Positions 1 to 10,803 of a stretch of 64,000 nt of DNA are shown here, in pieces. Both the position numbers and the translations under genes were made by a program. Source of the stretch: Neophaeotheca triangularis (taxonomy: Eukaryota); contig BAAIJX010000042.1 of NCBI GenBank assembly GCA_054600435.1, forward strand, positions 124,001 through 188,000, read 5' to 3'. How positions within the stretch are numbered: the first letter of the stretch is position 1; each line of letters opens with the position of its first letter. The notes under the pieces are model-generated. The model saw only the letters and a list, made by a program, of their open reading frames with translations. It did no database searches and was not told the DNA's origin.

Positions 1-365
1 CCCTCCATCTTGAAATTGCCCTTGGGCCTGTTCTCAATGTCCTTCAAAGCCTGCTCGTAGTACGACTCGAACTCCTTCTCGCTCATGCCGCGCTCCATAG
101 CCATATCCTTCAACCTCATTTTGCGGTCAATCTCCCGCTGCAAGAAATCCACAGTATCGGTGAGGACTGCGGCTTCCTTGCGACCTTCACCGGGACGACC
201 TACGAGGACGGCGAGGCGCTCGTAGCCTTTGCGCATTTCTTGGCGGCGGTGGCGCTCGCTGCCGATGTGGTTTTGCTTCTTTTGTTCGTCGGTGAGGCGG
301 GCCTTTTTGGTCGCGCGGGCTGAGGTGGCGGGCTTGCGCGCGTTACGTGGGGTGTTCTTGGTCAT
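1..365 (-). CDS. bHLH transcription factor, Ino4-like (3' end runs off the window)
   Basis: Manual translation from the ATG at 365: MTKNTPRNARKPATSARATKKARLTDEQKKQNHIGSERHRRQEMRKGYERLAVLVGRPGEGRKEAAVLTDTVDFLQ. This has the bHLH basic region (H-x3-E-x2-RR) and helix pattern of fungal Ino4-like proteins. Absent from the ORF track because there is no stop inside the window. Confidence 0.75.
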   Translation of the reverse strand, partial: MTKNTPRNARKPATSARATKKARLTDEQKKQNHIGSERHRRQEMRKGYERLAVLVGRPGEGRKEAAVLTDTVDFLQREIDRKMRLKDMAMERGMSEKEFESYYEQALKDIENRPKGNFKME

Positions 366-1306
366 GGTGAGGGAGAGGCTCTGGTATCGAGTGGAATCGG
401 TTATGTAGAGGGGAGTAAGAGTCGGAAGGGTTTGGTAAGACAAGTCGAGGTTTGGTTGTCGGGTTGTGTTTGTGTTCTAGGCTTTGAGAGAGTCGGAGAG
501 TACAGTGTAGGTATGTATGTGTTCCTTCTTCAGGTCTTGATTTGGAGGGAGGAGGGTGAGAGGTTGGTGGAGGGGACAGAGAGGTGGCAGGAAGGTATAC
601 CTGCTCGAAGCTCGCGGAAGAAGAGCACGTGGCCAACCAGATTGAGGTGAATGAATGCTTTCCGTGTTTGGCTAGCTCGTTACCAAGAATAGTTGAGTGC
701 TTCAGTCGAGTATGTGTTCCAATGGGTCTGCGCGACGTGGAATGGGTGAACCAGGTCGAGTCGTGTTATGTTCTCAGGGTGGAAAGTGAACATTAAGTAT
801 GTGATGAGTAATGGCAGCTGCGAGCATAGCTTCCACAATTCACTTCAGTCAGATTACCAGGAAAATGAGTCTTTGCGAGATGGTCGAATGTAGAGGAGAT
901 TGTAGTAGGCGTAGTGAGGTAGAGAATGGCATTCTTGAGGTGTACGGTGTAATTGGATTTTGAGGTTGGCAGACTTCCCGGAAATAATGATATCGAAGCA
1001 CGTGAAAGTCGAGGGTGCGACAACTTGAACCTCCTAGCATCTCGGCCCGAAGATGCGACCAATGACGTCTGCGTATCCCTCGTCGAAAATCATCCCGAGA
1101 CTAGCGTGTGTCAAAGTCGGTGGTCGTGGGGCAACGGTAACTAAGGCTACCTACCTACTTACCTTAAGAGCACTGGGCTGTATTGCCCTCGCGCATCAAG
1201 ACGAGACGTGAAACACTTTCCTGCTTCAAAGACATGCCTGCCTATCTTGGACAAACGGAAGGTGGCCTCGTGAAATAATCAACGTCAAGACTTCCACTTC
1301 AGCACC

Positions 1307-1330
1307 CTACCTACCTACCTACCTACCTAC
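1307..1330. repeat. (CTAC)6 microsatellite
   Basis: Six direct CTAC units upstream of the 1541 ATG. Confidence 0.9.
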
Positions 1331-1540
1331 AACACCACCTCGACCCTCCTCATTCGCTTCCCCGCTATCATCACCGGAAGTTAGCTCTCACACCACCCGC
1401 CTGCCACTCTACATACTCTACTCTACTTTCTTGCTCCATACCCATGGGATGAACAGTGTCCCCTCACGCTCGACACAAAGCCTCTGAGTGGCCAACAACC
1501 CTCTATCACTGCTACCACCACAACCACCGCCGCCGCAGAC

Positions 1541-4500
1541 ATGCCCTCCTCATCCGCCCGATCGAGCATCAACAGTAGGCGCGTTCCCAGCGCAGCAACC
1601 CAAAGCCGCATGCAACGCCATGTCTCCTACGCCAAACGTGCCCCTCCCAGCGACCACGACGCCTACATCTGGGCCCTGCGCTCTGCTTTCCTCGCCTACC
1701 TCCTTCAGCCGCGACAAAAGCGCATCCAGCACGTCGCCAACACCTCAAAGCCTATCCAACGCAGCAGTACCAGCATCAACGACCTCGTCAAAGACTTCTC
1801 CCTCATTCGCGACAGCAAGAGCACCAAATTTCCCCATGGATTCATGGCAGCACTGGATAAGCGCATTACTGGTGTTCTCGTGGGGCAGGAGCGCATGCCA
1901 GAGTACGCTGACAGCAACGTCAAGCGCACATTTGCGAATTTTTTGAATGAGTTCAAGAATCCAACTTTCCGCAAAAGTATGGAGAAGGACAGACGGGTGG
2001 AGGACTTGCTGTTGATTTTCTACAGCAAGGCTACGTCAGAGTTACAAAAGGGCAAGGCGAGGGAGGATGATGGCTGGAAGATGATGGTCGATAGGCATGT
2101 TGCCTTGTTTGTGCGGTTGATCAGTAATACCTTGAAGCAGAACGATTGGGCTAGGGAGCGGCCGGAGTTGGGCAGTCGATTGCATACGCTGGAGACGAAG
2201 CTACTACAGCATGACCAAGATCTGGCCACAAGCTCTGGACAGCAGGGAAGTGGTGGGCAAACCACGATCGAAGTGGAGGTGCCGAGAAGCTATGAAGTGA
2301 GGGATATGCCGTTAGTTGTACGCATATGCCGGATATTCGCCATACCTACCGCTCAAGCGCAGAACGATATCAATGCACACAAGGGGGAGTGGACCGAGAG
2401 GGCGGCATTGAAGGATCTAAAGGACTACCAAAACCACATGATGCTGAACACAAGGGTGACACTGTCCAAGGATGACTTTGACACGGATGAAGCTTTTGAG
2501 ACTTGGAGGAAGGGTGAATTTTCGGATCTCAGTCAGATGATGCTGGCCATTCTACAGAGTAATCCGGAGTTGGCGAAGAACACCCCAGGCGCGAGTTTGG
2601 CGAATTTTAAGCCTCCGAGTGCGGTCCAAAACGATTCGACGTACGGTGATGCGAGCAGAAGAATGTCCGGGTATAGTACAGAAGGCGACTCGAGCTATGT
2701 GATTGACCAGCCGGTGGACATGTCTGGGCTGAATTTGGGCGAGAGCTCGCCACAAGACTCTGGAGCAGGTGCAGTGGACGAAGCGAACTTTACTTTCATC
2801 CCTTCAGACCCCCGTGCATACTACAAACAAATACTAAAAACAGCCTTGACTCACGACCTGCAAGATGAGGATCTGCAGCCGTCGTCTGCAACGGATGAGG
2901 GCCCGGCTATCAAACTGATATCACCGCAATCGTTGGAGATGCTGAACGAGCTGGCCGTACGTTGGCGAATACCGGCGTTCTCGCGATTGGTGCTGTTCAT
3001 CGATGCCGTGAAAGACAAGTACATCAGCCAAGAGACCGACCTAGACACTCTTGACGCTGCATTCTGCTTTGTCAAAGAGGAGCCACAGGAAGCCAAGAAG
3101 GGGCAAAAAGCTAACCCGACCCATGCGTCCATGTTTGATCGCTCGTTGTGGACGATACAAGACTTCGCGTTGGATCAGTCCATTCTATCGGCCTTGCACG
3201 ATGCTTTACTTCGAGAGCTGTTCGAACTGCTGCAACATTGCTACGACAGCAAAGCGCCAGGAATAGGCCCTATCATGTACGTGCTGGATGCTCACATCTA
3301 CCACGATGAACTCTTTACGCGGTCGCAGGAAGACAGGGACGCTTTCGGTGATATGCTGCGGGATGCACTGCGGCAAGAAGCGAGGACCAAATACCACGAG
3401 ATGCTCGCCAAGCACGTTGACGACGACGCGAAGAAATGGGAATTCTTCAGTGTCATACAGCTCGGTCAATCGGTCGTCGCGCTTTGTGAGAAGATCCAAA
3501 AACGCTATCGCAAGAACCCAGAGGTAATGGGCGTCAAACCTCTGCCCATACTTGTCGAAGAGATCTTGCCGAGTTTCGCCGCTGACGCCAGAGATATGGT
3601 GAGCAGGATCATTGAGTTGGCACATGAAAGAGGCGAGGAAGTACCAATTCAGGATGGTTTCGATCTCTACAAAGAATTGGTGGCAATTCGACAGGTGCAC
3701 GCGCAAGCACTACCAGGCGTGGAATTTGCGTTCCACATCGAAGGCCTCTTGCAAGCTTTTGTTTGGCGCTGGCTTGCCACCATGGACGAGAAGATGATCG
3801 ATTGGTGTGAGAATGCCGTCAAGAGCGACAACTTCACTGTACGGCCTTCCGACCCCAACGAGTCTCCCACCGATGACGAGCGCCACAGTCAAAGTGTCAT
3901 AGACATCTACCGCCTGTTCAACCAAACCATCGACCAAATCGCAAAACTCGAATGGGACGATGACCTTCAATACGCAAAATTCATGACGGCGGTCTCCAAA
4001 TCCATAGGAAAGGGCTTGGCACGGTACTGCGAGATGCTGGACTTGCGATTCGCAAAGGAGATGGACCGCGCCACTCCAGAGCAAGAGGCGGCAGCACAAC
4101 GCACGCAAAAGGAAAAATGGATGGCCATGGCGCGGGATACTTGGCAGCAGCGCGACAAGATCGAGCCTTTCCATTTCTTCCCGGAGAGTTTTGTCAAGTT
4201 GAATAACGTCGAGTATGCAACACTGCAGCTTGACAAGCTCGAGCGGGAGGCGAATGTTGATGCTTGCGCGGAGGTCATTAGTCGTTTGGAACCACCTCCT
4301 GCACCGACGCAGCGATTGAGGGGTGGAGGAAACAAGTACGTGTTCACCATTAAGATTATCGAGGCCGAGGATCTCAAGGCCTGCGACATGAACGGCTTGA
4401 GTGATCCCTATGTCGTGCTTGGAGATGAATATCAGAAGAGGTTGGCGAAGACGCGGATTGTATATGGAAGTCTGAACCCTCGGTGGGACGAGACGGTGGA

Positions 4501-5830
4501 CATCACTACGACCGGTCCGCTAAACATCATCTCGACAATTTGGGACTGGGATACTCTAGGAGACCACGACTGCGTTGGTCGCACCTCTCTCAAGCTCGAC
4601 CCCAACCACTTTAACGACTACATGCCTCGAGAGTACTGGCTGGATCTGGATACTCAAGGACGGCTGCTGGTGAGAGTGAGTATGGAGGGCGAAAGGGACG
4701 ACATCCAATTCTACTTTGGGAAGGCATTCCGCACTCTCAAACGCACCGAGCGAGACATGACGCGCAAAATCACCGACAAACTCTCCGCTTACATCCATCA
4801 ATGCCTATCAAAGCGCACTCTCAAGCAACTCACAACCGGCACAACACTCGCCGGCATCTCCGTCAGCAGCATGCGTGGCTACTTTTCTAAAGCCACGGCA
4901 CGCCAATCTAGCGGCCCCAACCCCTCCACCCCTTCCGCAACCGCCGCAGACGTAGGCAACGCACTCAAACCTCTCACCGACTACTTCGACGACAACTTTG
5001 CAATAATGAAACTAACCCTAACCGACAGCGCCATGATAACAGTAATGACCCGGCTTTGGAAAGAAGTCCTCAGCACGCTCGAAGCGCTCCTCGTACCTCC
5101 ACTCTCGGACAAACCCTCCGCCCAACGCCCTTTGACCCAACAAGAAGTCGACATCGTTTACAAATGGCTGTCCCAACTCTTTGACTTCTTCCACGCCTAC
5201 GACGACGACTCCCGCGTCGCCCTCGGCGTACCCTTGGACGTTCTCAAATCCCCCAAATACCACGACCTCCAAAATCTCGCCTTCTTCTACCCCGAACCTA
5301 CCGACAACCTAATCCGCACCTCTGAATCCATGGCAGCCGCCTCCGCCTCCCGACAAGCAGAACTCCGCAGTTCACAACCATCCCCGACCTCCCCTCTCCA
5401 CAATCCCCGCGCCTCAGCCCCACCCCATCTCGGCCCCGCGGCTTCCAACCCTCTCGCCCCCTCCAACGCCCCCGCCAAAAGCAAATCTATACTCCTCTCC
5501 CGCAACCTCGGAACTATCCGCCAGACCAAAGCGGCCAAACGCCAACAATTGCAGGCCGAACCAAGCGATGACATAATCCTCAGGATCCTGCGAATGCGTC
5601 CCGAAGCTGAGAGGTATTTGCGCGATCGTAGTCGGCAGCGCGAGAGACTTGCCGCGCAATTGGCTGCTGAAGATATTGTTCGGCAGAGTTTGCGCGGGAG
5701 GGGAATTTGGGATGCCGCTGGGGGTGGGAGGGGTTCGGGTGGTGGTGCTGGTGCTGGTGCGGGTGGTGATGGTGGGGCTGGTGGGAGGAAGGGTGGTGGA
5801 GCGAGGAGGTGGGATACCATTCGTGCTTAG
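1541..5830 (+). CDS. C2 and Munc13-homology (MUN) domain protein, Yor296w/Ync13-like
   Basis: Intronless 1429-aa ORF. C2 domain (FTIKIIEAEDLKACDMNGLSDPYVVL...LNPRWDET...IWDWDTLGDHDCVGR) sits between helical MHD1-like (RHSQSVIDIYRLFNQ) and MHD2-like (LTDYFDDNF...RLWKEVLSTLEALLVP) segments. Confidence 0.85.
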   Translation: MPSSSARSSINSRRVPSAATQSRMQRHVSYAKRAPPSDHDAYIWALRSAFLAYLLQPRQKRIQHVANTSKPIQRSSTSINDLVKDFSLIRDSKSTKFPHGFMAALDKRITGVLVGQERMPEYADSNVKRTFANFLNEFKNPTFRKSMEKDRRVEDLLLIFYSKATSELQKGKAREDDGWKMMVDRHVALFVRLISNTLKQNDWARERPELGSRLHTLETKLLQHDQDLATSSGQQGSGGQTTIEVEVPRSYEVRDMPLVVRICRIFAIPTAQAQNDINAHKGEWTERAALKDLKDYQNHMMLNTRVTLSKDDFDTDEAFETWRKGEFSDLSQMMLAILQSNPELAKNTPGASLANFKPPSAVQNDSTYGDASRRMSGYSTEGDSSYVIDQPVDMSGLNLGESSPQDSGAGAVDEANFTFIPSDPRAYYKQILKTALTHDLQDEDLQPSSATDEGPAIKLISPQSLEMLNELAVRWRIPAFSRLVLFIDAVKDKYISQETDLDTLDAAFCFVKEEPQEAKKGQKANPTHASMFDRSLWTIQDFALDQSILSALHDALLRELFELLQHCYDSKAPGIGPIMYVLDAHIYHDELFTRSQEDRDAFGDMLRDALRQEARTKYHEMLAKHVDDDAKKWEFFSVIQLGQSVVALCEKIQKRYRKNPEVMGVKPLPILVEEILPSFAADARDMVSRIIELAHERGEEVPIQDGFDLYKELVAIRQVHAQALPGVEFAFHIEGLLQAFVWRWLATMDEKMIDWCENAVKSDNFTVRPSDPNESPTDDERHSQSVIDIYRLFNQTIDQIAKLEWDDDLQYAKFMTAVSKSIGKGLARYCEMLDLRFAKEMDRATPEQEAAAQRTQKEKWMAMARDTWQQRDKIEPFHFFPESFVKLNNVEYATLQLDKLEREANVDACAEVISRLEPPPAPTQRLRGGGNKYVFTIKIIEAEDLKACDMNGLSDPYVVLGDEYQKRLAKTRIVYGSLNPRWDETVDITTTGPLNIISTIWDWDTLGDHDCVGRTSLKLDPNHFNDYMPREYWLDLDTQGRLLVRVSMEGERDDIQFYFGKAFRTLKRTERDMTRKITDKLSAYIHQCLSKRTLKQLTTGTTLAGISVSSMRGYFSKATARQSSGPNPSTPSATAADVGNALKPLTDYFDDNFAIMKLTLTDSAMITVMTRLWKEVLSTLEALLVPPLSDKPSAQRPLTQQEVDIVYKWLSQLFDFFHAYDDDSRVALGVPLDVLKSPKYHDLQNLAFFYPEPTDNLIRTSESMAAASASRQAELRSSQPSPTSPLHNPRASAPPHLGPAASNPLAPSNAPAKSKSILLSRNLGTIRQTKAAKRQQLQAEPSDDIILRILRMRPEAERYLRDRSRQRERLAAQLAAEDIVRQSLRGRGIWDAAGGGRGSGGGAGAGAGGDGGAGGRKGGGARRWDTIRA

Positions 5831-5973
5831 TTCGGCCTGCTTTCTTTTTCTTCGAAGCTGGAATGGGATCCGCCTGGACCAGCACGCCAGGGGGATAAGT
5901 ATGGGTATGGGCGTGAGTATGCATCTAAGGTCATGGCGCAGCGATTGGTTGATGTAGTGTAGTATAGTAACGT

Positions 5974-5998
5974 TAGCATAGCATAGCATAGCATAGCA
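5974..5998. repeat. (TAGCA)5 microsatellite
   Basis: Five direct TAGCA units downstream of the C2/MUN gene. Confidence 0.85.
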
Positions 5999-6446
5999 CA
6001 CTCGGTTTACCTTACCTAGCACAAACAACTAGCATGATGCAAAAGGTATCAAAGTAAAGCCCAGTCAACGCGCCGTATACCGTTCATAACGCGCATTCTG
6101 TCTTCTAGTAACGAAGCAGCTCTTTCTTAAATATCCCAGTAAGAACAATTACCTCTATCCCATCAGCTAATACAGATAACATCTAGGCCTACGGAACTAC
6201 GTTAGGATCTCTCTCACACTTGTAAGTAATCTACCAACCAGCGCACCCCTATCGCTCCACGCCGCCTTAAGAGTCCCCGCCGCTACAAGTAATAAGACTC
6301 CACACCACCACTACTCGAGCGCGCACGTCGCCCTCAAGATCCGCGTCGTCCCATTGTCGCTATCTAGAACCCACTTATAACCGTGTGAGTTGTGTAGAGC
6401 CCTTGCCGGGAACTTTTCACAACGCTCTCTTATACTAGCCTCGCCG

Positions 6447-6448
<2 letters not shown>

Positions 6449-6486
<38 letters not shown>
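6449..6486. repeat. (TA)19 microsatellite
   Basis: Perfect TA run of 38 nt. Confidence 0.95.
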
Positions 6487-6490
<4 letters not shown>

Positions 6491-7128
6491 ATTTCCCATT
6501 CGAGGGCCGCGCTAGGTGTGAGATTAGAGTCGAAGCTTGACAAGTTGATAACGGTTGAGATGGGTTCATATTGCGTGCGGGACGCTTGTAACGAGTAATG
6601 TCCGTTGTCGATGTACGGGAGACCAGCGGTTTTGGGAGGGGGATGTTAGTATAAGAATGTTGGTGCCGCTGGCTCGGATGTGATGAGCTCGTGTTCTGAC
6701 TTCTGTTTGTGTGATATGCGGGGGTATGAGTCGACAAGAGGAAAGCAGAAGAAGCTACAAAGGATCGAGTATCTTCCAGTCGCGGTTTGCGGTGCGCCGG
6801 AGAGTGCTCTAGAAAAGGGAATAGGGGTAAGACGCCGGGGGGTCGTGCGTAGGTGTTTGAACCATCTAGATGGAGACCTAAGTTTTTAACTTACGGGAGC
6901 AAGAAGAAAGGAAGATGAAAGACTCCTTGATCCTCCGTGAACTAAAGTCTTCTGGCTGGGTAGCTAATAAGGAGGTAAAGCCGAAAGCGAGACCATGTGT
7001 GAGACTCCCGCGCCCGCGCCGTCGCTCGAAACGTGCAAGATCCAAACCCACTTAGTCGCGCAGACGGTCCTTGCCACACGCATACTTCCTCAACACCTGC
7101 CTCATGCCCTCAGTCAACACAGTCAACA

Positions 7129-9742
7129 TCAAACCTCCCCATCCCCCTCTCCCTTCCCTCTCCCCCTCCCCCTCTCCCACTCCCACTCCCCCCCACCAAC
7201 CCCCACAGACCTAACCCGTCTCAAAACCCCATCCTCCTCCTCCGCCCTACCCTGCAACTCACTCGGCAACAAAACGGCCTTGTCAATGGCAACAGGCAAC
7301 CCCCTATGCCTGCCCCTCAACATAACGGCAACGAGAATGAGTTTACTAATCGCGCCCCAAGCCCCACAGAAACTGTAAGCGGCGGTCGGTAAGCCGACGG
7401 AGATGCCGACGCCTGGGGTGTAGTGGTAGTGGTGGTTAGTATGTATGTAATTTTGTATGTACGCATGGATGAATGGCGGGGGGGAATTGGGGAGGAACGG
7501 TAGGTACTACTTACACCCATACGCGGAAACGACTTCGAAGATGAAATTGAAGACGCTGAAGACGCGCGGATCGTCGTGTTCGAATTTATCGTTTTCCAGG
7601 ATGGTTATGAGGAATACTGCGACGATGATCCACCAGGCGTCGTGGGCGAGCTGGGCGCGCAGTTGCTGGCGCACAAAGGTCGAATTCGTCGTTTCTGCTT
7701 CTTTGTTGGTGCTGGGGGACGGGGCGAAGGGGTTGCTGAGGTTGGCTGCGAGAGTGCGGGCGCGGTGGAGGAGGAAACCGGAGGGATTTTGGCGGGCGGG
7801 GGGGTGGGCTGGCGGGGTTGTTGTGGAGGCTGAGGAGGACGTCGTCGGGGTTGAGGGGCGTGAGGATGGCGGTGTTTCGGGGAGGTCTTCGGAGTACAGG
7901 CCTAGGCTGCGTTCTTCGTAGACGTTGGAGTTGCGCATGGTTATTACTACTGGGTAGACGCTTATGTCTGGGATTTTGGGGGTTAGTATTAGGGTGGAAT
8001 GGGGGGCTTGGTTTGGGTTACGTACACATCATCGTTGCGTAGAGGATTTGTGTGGCGATGGTTAGCGTGGACATGCTGACGACGTAGAAGCCACCGCTCC
8101 GTACGGCGAAAGCTTGGAAGAGCCCCGTGATGATGCGGTAGCGGAGGGGAAGGTTCGCGGCGAGAACTTCATTGTTCAGGTTGAGGAGTTCAAACATAGC
8201 CCAGTCGAAACCGTTCAGGGCGATGACTGACAACGCTAGCCAATAGGTTTCTTTGCGCGGGAAAAGGTTGGTGTAGCAGCGGCCTGGGCGATTTGAGTTA
8301 GCTGGGTGTAATCTGGGTGCCCAAGGTAGGTTTTCCAACTTACGCGGGTGATCGAGGAGGAAATTGAGGGTTTTGCGTCGTTCGTCCCACACGGGGCCTG
8401 CAAGGCGCGCGGGCATGAGTTTGAGCATGCTCCAGATGATGATCCGTAGGAAGATGGGGTAGCAGGTGTTGCCCGCTAGAATCAGGAGCGACATTGTCAA
8501 TAGCATGTAGTAGGAAGTCGCAAATGCTGTCATATTGGCATCGAGGAGTGACATGCCTGAATTGTTAAAGGCGGAGACGGCATTGAAGGCTCCGACCCAG
8601 TAGGCGTTCAGACCGTTCGTTTGCACCGTGTCGCGGCGGTTGTTGTGTACATAGGCTCCGAGGGCTATGCATGTGAGCACCTGCCAGGCGATGAAATAGG
8701 CTGGAACCAGCCAGGCGAGGAAGGAGATGGCTCTGTATTCACACCCTCCCAGACGGTCACGTTCGTCATCGGTGAGGCCGTGGAACTGGCTGTTACGGGA
8801 AATCCAGCCCGTGGCTTCGTGGATGTACTGGGTTATATCGCCTCTGCTCTTCGGTTTGGGTGTCAAACCAGAGTCGTAGCGAGCTAGTGTCACGCCGGGC
8901 TGGATGGTGCTGAAATTTGCCAGAGGTCGAGCGCCTACGCCGGAGAAGTCGAGCAGAGTTCGCTGCCGTTTCATGAGCACCGGAGGAAGATCAAGCGTGC
9001 GATTTGGGGGCCCCGTTCGTGTGTCGCCACGCCATGTGATTCCTCCTCCTTGACGCGCTTCGATGGGTGAGACCAGTACTTGGGCATCACCGATACTGAT
9101 CCGCTCGCCTGTTTTGCTGGATATGCCGTTCATCTCTGCCGCTCCTCGTCTAGCGGGGGGTGTCAGGTCACGCTCCCTGCTGTCCTCAATAACACCATCC
9201 AGCATGTCTGGCTCAGTTGGGTCCGCCGTACTGTCAGCCAACTTGGCATCCTCGGCTGCCTTTTCCTCGTCTACTACATTCTTCCCTCCCCTCCTATTCA
9301 TATTCCAGCCTCTTGCCCTGGACACACTCCTACTCTCCTCTCTGACTCTATCCCTCCTAGCACGCTGCTCCATGATGACATCCTCAAACTTCTTCCTAAA
9401 AGCCCTTTTCCTTACAAGCACGACAAAAGCACTGACGAAGATTGCGCTCCCAAGCATGATCAAGACAAACAGCAGGACCTGCTGAAAGGTGTTAAGCTCG
9501 CTCAAGTTGACCGTGTTGAGGCCGGCTAGTGTCATGGCGGAGACGACTAGGAAGAGCGAGTCGACGTAGGAGACGCTTCTTGGGGGAGTGGAGGATCCCC
9601 AGAAGATGGTGGCGAATAGAAGGCATGTCAGTATGAAGTAGGTGTAGTGGATTGTTATAAAGTTCCATTCGGGGAGTTGGCGGCGTATGAAGCGGATGGG
9701 TTTGTTGAGGGGGCCTAGATTTGGCATGGAGGGTTTCCACAT
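7129..9742 (-). CDS. trk: Trk-family potassium transporter (3 introns)
   Basis: Four MPM pore motifs: SAMTLAGLNT, SAFNNSGMSL, AFAVRSGGF and SAYGCVGIS, plus the C-terminal RGRHRGLP. Introns at 8284-8343, ~7968-8025 and ~7413-7514 (GT..CTAAC..AG) join the ORF pieces in frame (HPRRCYT, MMYISVYP, YGCVGISVG). Start at 9742 (MWKP) is inferred. Confidence 0.9.
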
Positions 9743-10363
9743 GGTGTTGGTGGAGGAGGAGGAGGAGGTGGTGGTAGTGAATTGTTGCAATCGGAGTGGG
9801 ATGTCTGTGTTGGTGTTGGTGAACAAGGGTCCATCAGAGGAGGCTGCTGTTGGTGTGAAGGCGGTGGTTCCCGTCCTCTTACAAGGTCACCTTGCTGTCG
9901 CCGGTTCAAGGAATGTCCAAGTCGCAGAGCACGAAATGGGCGAACAAAGGAAAATGTAGGTCAATGTTTCTTTGTTAAACCTACCGAATCAGAGAAGACA
10001 GCCGCCTCACATTGACAGAACGCGAGCTGTGGTTGGTAATACCTAAAGGTAGGTAATAATAATCCATGTATGCAGGCGTTGTCATTAGGAGGCGCTGGAG
10101 AGCCATTGGGCTGCACGTCTCCCTCTCCGGGTGTCGTCTTATAGGCCAGGATGCTGCCACGATGGTCTAGACGGCCTAAGCTGCTGTGTGACATGGACAT
10201 GTCTCTAATCAATATGTTCTAATAAATATGTTCCAATCAATCTGTTAGTACTTAATCAATAATAAAACAGTTACAGGAGAAGGAGTAGTTGTAGTTGTAG
10301 TTACTAGTACATACTAGTACTACAAGTTCCCGTCTGGGTGCAGGTGGAGATTCCAACCAAGTC

Positions 10364-10434
10364 CCGTCCCCCATCAATATGTCGGCCCGTCCCTCCATCA
10401 ATATGTCCCCCCGTCCCTCCATCAATATGTCCCC
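10364..10434. repeat. 3 x 23-24 bp tandem repeat CCGTCCCTCCATCAATATGTC
   Basis: Units start at 10364, 10387 and 10411 in the divergent intergenic region between trk and the spartin-like gene. Confidence 0.9.
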
Positions 10435-10803
10435 CCCCCACTTTCAAAGCCCTCGGGCTGGCGAGACACAACACCGCCACACTTCCCCCCCCCCACAAAA
10501 CTATATGTGGCGCAGCACACGAGTGACGTCGGCGGGGATGAAATGTCGGGACGGGATCATCTGCCCATGGAAGATGAAGGTCGCTATCCTTACCTCCTCC
10601 TCCTCCTCCAACATCTTCCTAAAAGCCTCAACCGCCCGACGCCTCTTTTCTTCTCTTTACTACCACACTGCGCCTTTGGATCTTCCCTCCTCAACACTCC
10701 GCTTCTTGGCACCCTCTTATAGAACCTGTTCATCTCGTCTCACACTGTCAACAAGCTCCTATACTACCCAACCCTCACCCCCCCAACTCTCCTCCCTCCC
10801 ACC

